From assembly GCA_951406725.2 (NCBI GenBank), contig OX597818.1, positions 82,894,001-82,958,000 of the forward strand: DNA of 64,000 nucleotides, written 5' to 3'. The stretch is from Octopus vulgaris. Lineage: Eukaryota. The notes under the pieces were generated by a model, which ran no database searches, had not been told where the DNA came from, and saw only the letters and a list, made by a program, of their open reading frames with translations. Both the position numbers and the translations under genes were made by a program. Below, one piece after another: positions 26,463 to 39,905 of this stretch; the stretch's first letter is position 1, and every line of letters begins with the position of its first letter.

Positions 26463-28149
26463 ACGCACACTGAGTCAATCATATATATACATATCAAAAG
26501 ATTAAACATGATTTTTCCATTTCAATTACAGAAAGAATTCAGCATTCACCAATTTTCTCATATAATTTCAGTCATTTTCTTTCTTTGAACTCGACTTTTA
26601 CATGAAGATGGATATCTTGAAAATTTGCTTAAAAGTAGTTTGACAATTATTATTATAGTTTAATATATAAAGGTTTCTCTTTTTATTTTCAATGAAATTG
26701 AAAAGACTTGGTTTGCGTTGGGGTCTGGTATCGGAAATCATGTTCCATTTTTACGTGCTTTTTTGTCTTTGTTTTTTTTTTGTTCATGGCAGTAGCGATT
26801 GCGTTGTTATGTCTACTATTGTTAATAGGTGTTGTCTTTGGAAATAATTTTAAATCGTACAACAGGTTGAGATAAAGATGTTGTTGCTTTTAAGCTTTTA
26901 TTGATTCAGAGAATTGGTACCTAGTTTGTCAAATCCATTCCTGAGTTCAATATTTTCTCTCGATAAAGAAAAGCAAACAGTAGAAAGCCAGCACTGTATT
27001 TCAGAAATTATAGATTATCATCCACGATACAACACAGACAAAATAAAGCAATAAGATATGATAATAGGGATACTTTTAATTTGATATAAAAATATCATCA
27101 ACCCAATGAAGTATATCTAGGAATTACAAGAACCGTATATATCTTGCAATTCCAAGATTTGGGACTAAATATCGACATGACACAATACAACACAGAGAAT
27201 GAAGTGTCTTGCTCAGGAACACAACTCACTCTCCAGTCCATGGTATGAACCTATAATTTTGTGCTCACGAGTCCAACAGCTTAAACACTAAGAAACAGCT
27301 GAAAATTCTAACTTGGACTAACTTATACGAAGAGTAGCAATATAGTGTTAGTGTTGCAACGTGATTAATATAATAGCAACGCAAAAATGTAAAGCGATAT
27401 ATTCGTAGGGATGTTTAGAATTAGAAATAATTTTATCACCTCTGGGAATTGCCAGAACAATTGCTATCATTTTACTCCGAGATTTGCGACTATCAATCTG
27501 CAATGGACCATGGTATGACACCACCACCACCACCCCCATCACTACCACCACTTTCACCATCCAACTATCATCTCTAAAATTATTTAGAAGAACCGTATTT
27601 GCCGAATGTTTTGTGTTGGTGCTATTTTTTGTGTTGTTTTTATATTGTCCTTTCGTTTGTTGTTCTTTTAAGTGTGGTTGTCGTCTTCTTCGTTTTGCAG
27701 TTGGGGATTTCTGTTATTGAAGTTACTTCTCTTTTAAGTGTTTTTACTAACTTTCATTTGTGCCATTGTTGAAATTGTGGGCTTTCCTTTCGTTAGCAAT
27801 TTCTGTGGGCATACGCGAGAATTTATTTTTCTTGCTATTTAGCTCCGTATGAGACCTGAATGAATCGATTTATAATGAATGATTCCCCAGTTGTGAAAAT
27901 ATCTTGTTTTCACGTATATAGCTAATTCAAGATCACATTAAACAGGATGTCTAGAATTAAAATAATGCGAGAGATTTGATTGAAATTTAGCTGCTATATC
28001 TAGCAATCTAGTCACGTTATTTGATGTGGCATCCCAAATCCTTCTCAATAGTTCCCTTCATAGGTCGATGTTAATTTGGTTGTATAACGGAGAGGGATGG
28101 TGGGATTTCGAGCTTTCGGCTTTCTACAATTATCACTAGCGGTTTTCGT

Positions 28150-29260
28150 TTATAACTGCCATTTACTTTTTGGCCTGCCGTCTTTCTAACAATATGCCAT
28201 TGTGATAAAAGGCAGAAATTGAACCGGGAAGTTGTGTCCGTGGTTGACACTCTGTGCCTTTTGTAATCGCTTCGTTTTATCTATGTTCATGCTCATTTTG
28301 TCCGTTTTAACAAGGTGGGGTTGTTCAGTCAAAATCGTGTTCGTATGGTCTCTGTTGTGGCGTCTCCACCAAATTTTGCATCTATCTTTGGAGTCATTGT
28401 TGTTGCTGCTTTTGTTCTTAAAAACTATCCCTGCAAGTACGAGAGTCATCCCGGTTTACATTTATTGACTTGGTTTTTGCCAGAATAACCTGAAATAGTT
28501 TGTGCTGTAGCAAATTTTCCTACTGATTTTTCTAGCTTTATCCAGAGCATGCAGTGGAGGTCTGGTGTTGTTTGAGTGTAGCATTGTTTTCAAGATAGAG
28601 TTTTAGTTATTGTTTCTGGATCAAGGCTCCTACACAAATTCGAAAGCAAATCGAAACAAGAAAATTCAAAATTCTTAGATTCTAAGTTTGCCTCATTTTA
28701 TCAGCGGGCAGAACCACTATCACCAACGGCCAAATATATATTTCTGGGGTCACAATCAATACACTTACTCTCCCAACGTCTTTGCCGGGATATGATGTGA
28801 CCTGGATGGAGGTTGTGGAGTGGTTTCTGGCTTCGAATTATAGCTGGCCAGAGCACAAATCTTATTTCCAAATATCCTTGGCCTGGCAGTCCTACGTAGT
28901 ACATTGCAGGTTTGAAATATACTCTACATACAAAAGCTTGTACTGACAGAAATGTCAGTCCGAGGAGTATGCAGGGCAACGAAACAGTTGTGCATGCACG
29001 TGTCCTGTGCATAAGCATTGCTGATTCATGGATTATGTCGAACACTTACTGCCACGTGTAGGGCAGTCGTTATTTGTTTTGTGGCTTTGGCAGAAGAATT
29101 TATGGTGAACGTGACTGGAAGTGCTGAATAGGCTACTTCCTCTTTCATCAAATCATTATCAACTTTTCAAGCCTGAAATTTAGAAAAATAGCCGCTGGAA
29201 GAAGATGCTTTCTACACTGCTCAGGGTTAGTGTGGCATTTCTATTTTCTTTCAGTTTTTC
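28150..29260 (-). mobile_element. Possible decayed ORF1 of a Tx1/L1-like LINE
   Basis: Minus strand WPAIIRSQKPLHNLHPGHI resembles a decayed zinc-knuckle region and is followed by a low-complexity Thr/Lys-rich tail, as at 63.2-63.7k. Confidence 0.35.
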
Positions 29261-29377
29261 GTTATTTCTTTCCTTTACATTCTTTCCTTTAAATTAATTC
29301 CACAAAGTTTCGTTCTCTATCATACTTCATGTTTTTGGTAACACTTGTGGTGAAGAGAGGAAATACTTCGTTTTCCT

Positions 29378-29677
<300 letters not shown>

Positions 29678-30084
29678 GAAAAATATGCACAGAGCAGCAC
29701 TGAAGAAAGAAGAATTAATTAAAAGTAGTAATACCCTGCAAGATAAAGAACCGTTGATAAGAGAATTAGAGCAAATTCTAAGTCGTCAATGAAGTAGACT
29801 GGGCAGGCATACAAATGAAAGACAAGTTTACAAAGGAATATAATAGACGCATTAGATTAATACCTAAAAGAAACATAAATACAGAATGAACGAGCGAATA
29901 AAGAAGAAAGGAAAGAAAGAAAAGAAAAAAGAGAGGATGAAAGAAAAGGAAAGAGTTAAGCCTCTCGTAATATGTTTTATTCTCACCTGGACTCTGTGAA
30001 AATGTTAAAACGAGAGAGAAATAAGAAGAGTAATTACAGCCTTCAGAATAAAGCATAAAGATTTTGAATTGAATTCTCTTACAT

Positions 30085-30316
<232 letters not shown>

Positions 30317-31242
30317 GTACTTCATTCAACAACATGAACTACAAACTTCCTAAGAAAGTAAGAAATGAGGCAATAATTTCAAGGTTATGATTAGCGATAT
30401 GCGAAACCGATCGACTAAACAATACTTTATTATTGAAAATATATTAAAACTATGTAAACTGTGTGCATTTACCTTCTTTTATTATATATATCTATATCTA
30501 TATATATATGTATATATATGTATGTATGTGCATGTATGTATGTGTGTGTGTGTATGTGTGTGCCACGCATGTTCGCTTGTAGGGGCTTCTTGTTATGTAA
30601 CATTTAATTTGAAATACATTACGAAAGATTACAAAAATATGTAAGATGGTATAAGGATTGGCTAGAAAAATACAGACAAATGAATCTTTGTTAAAAAATA
30701 CATGAGTCCGAAATGACACTCAGCAGTGAAGATTTAGGTAGTCACGACACAAGTCAAAATAAAAACGTGTTAAATACTAAACTGGATAGCTGGTGAAGGA
30801 AAGCTTGAGGCGACGAAAATGGGGGAAATTATTTGAACAAGAATGAAAATGATCACATAAAACTGTGAAGAATATAACCCAGAGCTTATAAGGTATATTT
30901 TTTAGTTGCACATATGATCAAATCCCATGCACTACAATCTGTCAATCTAAATACTGTAAAGAAAGTTACTAACTGTAGAATCTGTAGATTCTGGGAACGA
31001 AGAAAAATTCTTTTTTTTTTTCTTCTTTCTGGTTTTTCAATTGTTAAATTGGCTGGTCATTCTCAATGAAGGAAAATAAACGATTACTAACATGATAGTG
31101 ACTTTTATTCATTTGCAATTAAGACAGCCATATGGAATACCGGTCGACATCACTACCGGTTACAGTAAAATGCCAAAATTAAATAACAACAACAAAAAGT
31201 ACAAATCTGGCTAAGACAGATTTAATCGTATCATAATAGGAT

Positions 31243-31480
31243 ATATCACAGAATTAAGCGAAATAATACATGCCTCAGACACAGGCATAAATATCATCCG
31301 ATTAAACGAAATAATACATACATCTGACACGGACGTACACATCACCCGGTTGAATGAAAGAATATATGCATTGGACATGGATATAAGTATCACTCGACTA
31401 AAGAAATAATGCTTGTATTAAACGTGAATATAAATATCACTAGCTTGAATGAAATAATGCATGATTCAGAGATGATATAT
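31243..31480 (+). repeat. Diverged 48 bp tandem repeat, ~5 copies
   Basis: Unit ~ATATCACNCGATTAAACGAAATAATACATGCNTCAGACACGGATATAA. Confidence 0.85.
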
Positions 31481-31884
31481 GCAGCCGACAGTATAAAAGA
31501 ATAAAAAGGAAAGCGAGTATATATCCACAGATTTAAGTGCTTGTCGTAAATCTTGGCTCCGTTTAGCAAAACCATCTGGCATATGGTTGTCTTTAGTGGA
31601 GTCTGCTTAGCTGTAAACATTTGGATGCAATTTCTCGTCTTGGGTTAACTTAAGACTTTTCTCCTATATATCATATAGTCTATGGTTACATATATTAAAA
31701 CATACGAAAGAATATCAACACTTAGAAATATCAATAGAAAACAAAACCATAACGATAACAAATATAGAAAGAAGACCTCTGAGTCTTTAATATATCAATA
31801 ACCAAAAGGCAGACGAGAAAAAGAAGACACAAAGTATGAAAAATGTACCATCTCAAATCTATACAATTTTTTTTTAATGCTTAT

Positions 31885-32052
31885 AGGCGTAGGAATGGCC
31901 GTGTGGTAAATAGCTTGCTTACGAACCACATGGTTTCGGGTTCAGTCCCACTGCATGGCACCTAGGGCAAATGTCTTCTACTATAGCCTAGGGCCGACCA
32001 AAGCCTTGTGAGTTGATTTAGTAGACGGAAACTGAAAGAAGCCCGTCGTATA

Positions 32053-32122
<70 letters not shown>

Positions 32123-32348
32123 ATTATTGTGTGTATATGTTTGTGTGTCTGTGATTGTCCCTACAACATCGCTTGACAATCGATGCTTGTGTGTTTACGT
32201 GCCCGTAACTTAGCGGTTCGGCAAAAGACACCTATAGAATACGTACTAGGCTTACAAAGAATAAGTCCTGGGGTCGATTTGCTCGACTAAAGGCGGTGCT
32301 CCAGCATGGCCACAGTCAAATGACTAAAACAAGTAAAAGAGTAAAAGA
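31885..32348 (+). mobile_element. SINE family B, full length
   Basis: Well-preserved head, CORE-like segment, internal (TA)n and AAGAGTAAAAGAG tail. Confidence 0.92.
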
Positions 32349-32712
32349 GGGTATTCTTTACGAAAGCTCACTGAATCCGTCAACATGCAAATAACAACAA
32401 TTCAGCGAACAACGGAAGCGGTTTCAAATTCAATATAAACATTTCATAGGGAGCTAGATAAAAAAAATTATTTCAAATATTTGGATGAATAGATATAGAA
32501 TCATTGCGTTTGGGAATGTGAAGCAGTTATAATCTTGTATGAAATTATTCAAAATATGAATTGCAGTGCCTGAACAATCATGTCAAGTCCCAGCAGCATA
32601 ACATCCTATATAGTAACTTCCGAATTCCCTAACGATTTGGAAAGCATCAAAACTGGAAAACAATCCAAAAAGGTGCACCTTAGGTTCCAGCAGACATTTT
32701 AAATATGCTACT

Positions 32713-33072
32713 GGAAGCACTCCGTCGGTTATGACGACGAGGGTTCCGGTTGATCCGATCAACGGAACAGCCTGCTCGTGAAATTAACGTGTAAGTGGCT
32801 GAGCACTCCACAGACACGTGTACCCTTAACGTAGTTCTCGGGGATATTCAGCGTGACGCAGAGAGTAACAAGGCCAGCCCTTTGAAATACAGGTACAAGA
32901 GAAACAGGAAGTAAGAGTGAGAGAAAGTTGTGGTGAAAGAGTACAGCAGGGATCACCACCATCCCTGCCGGAGACTCGTGGAGCTTTAGGTGTTTTCGCT
33001 CAATAGACACTCACAACGCGATCCTACGACCGCGAGTCCGCTACCCTAACCACTGGGCCATTGTGCCTCCAC
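32713..33072 (-). mobile_element. tRNA-headed SINE family D with 12 bp target site duplication
   Basis: Minus head TGGCCCAGTGGTTAGGG; AAATATGCTACT at both 32701-32712 and 33073-33084. Confidence 0.85.
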
Positions 33073-33199
33073 AAATATGCTACTATCAGTCTGGAGATAA
33101 ATGATGACACGTTGACAAATAGCATATTTTTTTATGACCAAGTCTAAAGAAGCAAGAAACATGAAAATCTACGCACCTATAGCATTCGTTTTTATAAAC

Positions 33200-33805
33200 T
33201 TTTCTACTCGAAGCACAAGGCCCGAAATTTTGGGGGTGGGGGACAGACGATTAGATTGACCACAGTACGCAGCTGGTACTTAATTTGTCGACCTCGAAAG
33301 GATGAAATGCAAAGTCGACCTCGGTGGAAGTTGAACTCAGAGCATAAAGACAACGAAATACTGCTAAACATTTTGCCCGGCGTGCTAACGTTTCTTATTT
33401 TTTTACTACCCACAGGAGCTACACACAGAGGGCACAAACAAGGACAGACAAACGGATGAAGTCGATTATATTGACCCCAGTGCGTAACTGGTACTTATTT
33501 AATCGAATCCCAAAGGATGAAAGGAAAAGTCGACCTCGGAGGAATTTGAACTCAGAACGCAACGACAGACGAAATACATATATTTTGCTACCCACAAGGG
33601 GCTAAACACAGAGAGGACAAACAAGAACAGACACACAGATTAAGTCGATTATATTGACCCCAGTGCGTAACTGGTACTTATTTGATCGATCCCGAAAGGA
33701 TTAAAGGCAAAGTCGGCCTCGGCGGAACTTGAACTCAGAACGTAGCGGCAGACGAATTACTGCTAAGCATTTCGCCGGCGTGTTAACGATTCTGCCAGCT
33801 CGCCC
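33200..33805 (-). mobile_element. Tandem trimer of SINE family A
   Basis: Three successive GTACTT..GAAAGGATGAAA..GTCGACCTCGG..GAACTCAGA units. Confidence 0.9.
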
Positions 33806-33873
33806 CTTCCTCCATTTTTATAATCCCTTGTACACCATGCGCAATGTATATGTATGTATATGTGAATATGTGG

Positions 33874-33915
<42 letters not shown>

Positions 33916-33935
33916 TTATGTGTCTCTATATGAGC

Positions 33936-33969
<34 letters not shown>

Positions 33970-33974
<5 letters not shown>

Positions 33975-34055
33975 ACAGCGAGACAAGGCACATTGTCAAG
34001 GAATGCAGAGCTGCAATCGGCGGCGCAATAAAAGCACGTAATAAAAAAAAGGCTA

Positions 34056-34099
<44 letters not shown>

Positions 34100-34594
34100 G
34101 GTCACAGAAAAGGTCACAGAAATCGAGAAAGCAACCATACTCTGGGATATGCCGATACACACAGATAGAGAAATTAAGGCCAACAGACCAGATATAGTTG
34201 TCAGGGATCATGAAGAAAAAAAAATGCTTTCTAATTGATGTATCAATACCGGCAGATGACAACGTGTCTCTAAAAGAAATGGAGAAACTTTCAAAATACA
34301 AAGACCTGGAAATAGAGGTAACCAGAATGTGGAATCTAAAAACAGAAACAATTCCTATCATAGTAGGTGCATTAGGCATGATAAAAAATATTCAGACAAA
34401 TACATAACAAAAACACCAGGACTTACAAACACATATAACATACAGAAAATTGCACTACTAGGCACTGCACACATCCTACGCAGAACACTTTCCATACAAT
34501 AACCATCAGAGCATCACAACAAATCACAGCACATACCCAAGGCACACAGCTGCGCTCGGTAGTGAAGTGAAAGCACACTATAAAAATAAAACTA

Positions 34595-34598
<4 letters not shown>
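33970..34598 (+). mobile_element. Two tandem R4/Dong 3' ends (33970-34058 UTR only; 34100-34598 endonuclease C-terminus plus UTR)
   Basis: [53 protein letters not shown]; both pieces end CTACTGAA(TAA)n. Confidence 0.9.
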
Positions 34599-34653
<55 letters not shown>

Positions 34654-34893
34654 TAATAATAATAATAATGATGATGATGATGATGATGATGATTATAATA
34701 ATAATAAACATCGCAGCAATAAAATTGAAATCAGTCTCAACAATAAATCGGAAACCAAGTACATAATATAACAGACTTCATTATTATCTATACACAACTA
34801 CTTAAGATAAACGCAACTTAAATCTAACCGACGCACGTCGCAATTTCAGATTTGCAGCTGGTGACATAAAACCGATGTGAATTAATATACTTC

Positions 34894-35590
34894 TACGAGG
34901 GCGAGCAGAAAAGTTCATTGCCTGACTATTAAGGAATTATGTTTGAGTTTTCAACTTTTGTATACATTAATTTCAACAATTCTTACTGATAGCTGCGTTG
35001 TTTATTTCCAGGTAAACTAACGTCTGAACTTCAGAAGTAAGAAGTAGCGACTTCTCTTGAAAATGAACAATATTTGGCTTCGTAGTTTTATCAAGTCCCT
35101 CAAACAATATTCATACTCATACTGTTGCTACATGTATAGATGATACTCCAAATTTTATCTACAGTACAACAGTGGGCAACTTGATCTAGGAGGGAATCAG
35201 AGTCTTCAAGATGATCCAACGTCTAGACGTGCTGCAACTGCCACCACTGAAGGAAACTCTGATCCTGTTCACCACATGATATCACGTTTTTTGACATATG
35301 TTCAAAAGCGCATCAGGTTCGGCTCATCACATCATCTGTTCCCAAACGTAAAAAAAAAAACGAAACAAAACAAAAAAAATTACTTGGCTAGGAAGCAGTG
35401 TCACAACAATGATGTCGTCATATATACTGCTGCTGAGTTAGTTGACCAACAACATTAAAACTATTTGATCTAGGGGTTGAAGCAGTGTAGTATCGATGGA
35501 TGGAGTGTGTAGACCACAAGAAGGACACCGCCAATGGGAAACTGAGCAGAGATTAAAAATAGTCATGGTTTTGAAACTTTAGTTTGTATA
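34894..35590 (+). mobile_element. Internally deleted mariner relic
   Basis: TA-CGAGGG start; SLQDDPTSRRAATATT resembles the mariner DxxRSGRP linker. Confidence 0.7.
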
Positions 35591-35630
35591 ATCACTAGAT
35601 ACAGTAGTCTATACGATAATACTAATACGC

Positions 35631-35631
<1 letters not shown>

Positions 35632-35724
<93 letters not shown>

Positions 35725-35773
35725 GAGAAAGAAAGAGACAGAGACAGAACGAGAGAAAGAGAGAGAGAGAGAG
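35632..35773. repeat. (GA)n microsatellite
   Basis: Read directly from the sequence. Confidence 0.95.
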
Positions 35774-35915
35774 CAGCAAGTAACCTAATTTCAATGAGGC
35801 TATATTGGCTCACACCCTTAAAAACTATCCTGTGGTGTAAAATTAACTTTCAGTCTCGTGTTGTATATATCTTTGATCTGTCATCGCTAGCCTAAGTAAT
35901 ACTGTCGCGATACAC

Positions 35916-36000
<85 letters not shown>

Positions 36001-36039
36001 GTATGTGTATGTGTGTGTGTGTGTGTATGTATATATATT

Positions 36040-36250
36040 CAAAATGTGACCGCGTGTGTACCGTTGGCGATTTATTTCCCTCTGTCTTCCCTTCTCTGGA
36101 TCTTTGCTTCTCCTATGTTTCCGACGAAGAGCTCCGCTCGAAACGTTAAATCCTGCTTCTTTCCTTCTTTCCTGAGCGTCCAATAATACTATATTTGTTC
36201 CACGTCCTCACATTGTTGTGTTTTTTGTGCTTTCATGTTTGGATTAACTA
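36040..36250 (+). mobile_element. PLE-like terminal module with minimal hammerhead (36118-36151)
   Basis: TTT-CCGACGA-A-GAGC-TCC-GCTC-GAAA-CG-TTA-AA; flanked by (TA)n; its 3' part recurs in reverse at 51204-51296. Confidence 0.75.
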
Positions 36251-36261
36251 TATATATATGT

Positions 36262-36311
<50 letters not shown>

Positions 36312-36817
36312 TTATGCATATATATATATATATATATATATAAACACATTCACTACAATGACAGGTTGCTGTTGTTGAGAGACAGATACAGCGATAGAGG
36401 GAATGTGTGCATGCATATGTGCGTACGAGCGTGTGTGTGTGTGTGTGCATGTGTGAAATATAGATAGATGTCGCTCTACTAATTAGGAAGCTTTGATTGA
36501 AAGCAGGAATAAGAGATACAAGATAGAGTGTACTGATATCTAAAACAATCAAAATAATCAAACGACGTGATGCGCGACTATTCTAATGAGAGGGAGCTTC
36601 AGCTGTGAAAGGGCGTCCAATAAGTCGGCAAATACGGTATATTGTTATGAATAATTTAGCCTTAAAAACCGTGAAAAAATGTATATTGTCACGAGAGAAG
36701 CCATGAAAAAATCACGGACGTTATTTACGATTCCACGAACACGCGGTGATTTCCGCGAAGAATTATTAGTTCTGCGAATAACTAGATCAACAAATGCCCA
36801 ACCCCAAATAAGCTGGG

Positions 36818-36877
<60 letters not shown>

Positions 36878-37229
36878 ACACACGCACACACACACATACA
36901 CACACATACACACACACACACACTCTCTCTCTCTATATATATATATATAGATATATAGATATATGCATGTATGTATAAATTTATATATGTATATATATAT
37001 ATGTGTATATATATATATATATACATATAATTCATATATATTTTTAAATATATATATTCAAATACATGCACACTCATGTATGTGTCACTCATGCATATGA
37101 AACATGGTTACGTGCACATTCACACTTGAACATACACGCACAACACCACACATACACAAGCCCCATACATATGCACAAACATATGCAAGCGCGCACACAT
37201 CTTTGTGTGAGTGTGTGTGTGTATATATA

Positions 37230-37274
<45 letters not shown>

Positions 37275-37468
37275 AATTATATATATATATAAGTATACAT
37301 ATAAATATATATATATATATTCACATTATATATATATTAACATACACGCATACACACCAACTTACGTATATACTTAGACATAAAGAAAAAATACATAGAT
37401 ATATAACTTAAAGTAGGTAAATAATAGATGCATGTATCTCCCTTTCCCTTCTCTCTCTCTCTCTCTCT

Positions 37469-37522
<54 letters not shown>

Positions 37523-37922
37523 AGAGAGAGGTAGGTAGAGACACAGAGAAAGAAAGAGAGAGAAAGAGAGAAAATAGGAGTGCCCAGTGTCATATACACT
37601 TCCTATATAATAGAAATTATTAGCAGCCAACATTAATTTACTTTTCTTGTTAACAAATCTTATTCTTTTCCGAATCTTTTTCTTTCATTTTAATTCTCTT
37701 CTCTGATCTTGGCAGATTTTCTCAGCCGGATTTGAATAATGATGCGAGAAGCTTGGTGAATAATATTCATTGGATAACATTCGCCTTTCTTTCAATTTTT
37801 ACTTCATACATATATAAAATATCTCGTATCTATCTCTCTTTCAATCTATCTATCTATGTTTCCCATCTTTTACTACAAACGTATATATCTTCAAACGAAT
37901 CGCATATAGATTCAGTATGATG

Positions 37923-37961
<39 letters not shown>

Positions 37962-38796
37962 CTTTCTTTCTGTGTGTGTAGATATATTTTGTTTCTACAG
38001 ATTTTCTATATTATTTAGAGCCAGCACTGAATGTTAGGATGTGTTGCATAGGAATAGGTCTTTGTAAACAATACAATCGATGAGAGAAAAATAGATAATG
38101 GATATATAGGAATATTGTAGAAGTTATTGTTCTTTTTCCAATACCATTTCAAACACATTAACTATCCACAAATACATAGTATGGATAGCCACTAAGTTTA
38201 GTGGTGTAACACAATTGTTTAAACCAATTTTGCATATTATACAAATTCACAAAAAAAAAATACTCGTACATATACATTAATTGCTGGCAGTACATTTGCA
38301 AGCATAATATACTACCAAGTACAATAAAGATTTATAAGTCAATATTGTATCCTACTTTGCAGGGGTGTCTCTAAGAAGGAGAAATAACTCATGAAATATG
38401 AATATAAACCCAGTATTTATTTTTCTATATTCGATTGCATTGTGTACATAGAATGTATTCGTTTACCAAACGTCTTGACCTTCAGTGATGGCTCTAAATT
38501 CTATCGAAAATCTGTAGAGACGCGCTTTATAAAATAAAAACAGCGCATCGCTAACACAATGTAAGACACGATATTGGCCTAAAAGTCTTCAACGTACTTG
38601 ATTGGTATATTATGTTTGCAATACGAAATACGGTTTATCTAGCAGCAATAAATACACACATACACTAATACCCCACTTTATGAGTCACTTGACGAGATAC
38701 GAATATATATAAACTAAATTCGAAGCAATACCAGTAGCGAACATAACAGATTGTAGCTGAGATATCACACTCATATGGTACACATGTTATACTCAC

Positions 38797-38949
38797 TTGT
38801 ACCCCTTATCATGCTGTGATTCTTCTTGTGGTGGTATCTCGTTATTGGCACTATAGTGGTTGATGAGCCTTGTCAACGAAGTGTTGCTGTCATTACCATC
38901 CCATATTTTCCATAAACACAGTGAATCCAATGCATGAGAGATGCTCACC
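38797..38949 (-). other. Candidate isolated coding exon (153 nt)
   Basis: TTAG acceptor, GTGAGT donor, length divisible by 3, one open frame; no recognisable protein family. Confidence 0.25.
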
Positions 38950-39092
38950 CTAATTAAATGCTGAATTCAATACATGTACACAGGCTGTTCCTAAATAATC
39001 TTTACAACGTCCCCAATTTATCATTTCACATTGTAAATATAGTTTATGGACAAAAGATAGACGTGTTTTTCTGTGTGCATATGCAAGTGCAC

Positions 39093-39133
<41 letters not shown>

Positions 39134-39265
39134 TGCGTGTGTGTGTGTGTGTACACACACACACAGATATGACAAAAGTAAATAGACAATCTTATAATCG
39201 TTAAGGTTTATTTAAATCTGAAATAATGCATTCAAGTTATTTATTAATTGTTATAATGTGAATAT

Positions 39266-39770
39266 TTAATATTCAGTTGTCATACCCTTGTTACTGATCA
39301 AAGGACGAATATTCTCTTGTGGAATTTCTTGCCAATTTTCATGCTCTAATCTTAAAAGATCTGGCTTTCAGGATGCTTTCTTCTGTTTACGAATTGTCCT
39401 CTCCATTATACCCCAGACATATTCAATAGGGTTCATATCTGGTGACTGGCTTTGCCATGGAAACATTTTAATGCCATTCTCTTCCAAGCAGTCATGTGTC
39501 TTTCTATTTATGTGACAAGGGGCCCTATTTTCCATAAATAAAGTCTTTAATCATTTCATTACCGGAGAGGATTGGAAGGAATCCTTTTTGCAATAAAGAC
39601 GCATATTTATCTGAGTTAATGTCTCCATCATACACCACCATCTCTGACTGACTACTGCTCCAAATTGCTCCCCTGGCCGTCACAGAACTGCCGCCATGCT
39701 TCATTGTTGGCTGCAATCCTTTCACGTGAAATCCTTGATCACAGAGTCTCCAAAACCACATTCAACTGTA
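39266..39770 (-). mobile_element. Tc1-family transposase remnant
   Basis: PTMKHGGSSV..GAIW, FMENRAPCH, PWQSQSPDMNPIEYVWG (DD34E region). Confidence 0.9.
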
Positions 39771-39905
39771 AATTGCTATACCTCATTAATTATTCTCCTT
39801 TCAGATTTAGATTTCTCGTGACGAGGTAATTTGTGCGAAACGTTGGATTTCATCCTTCCTATGGTAATTTATTGCATTCTTTGTATGCATGTGTGTGTGT
39901 GTGTA

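Noticed and set aside
28960-28995. CCGAGGA-GT...AC-GAAAC-AGTT-GTG hammerhead-like string
   Set aside because: The cleavage position is G and stem I does not pair; it lies within a probable LINE relic.
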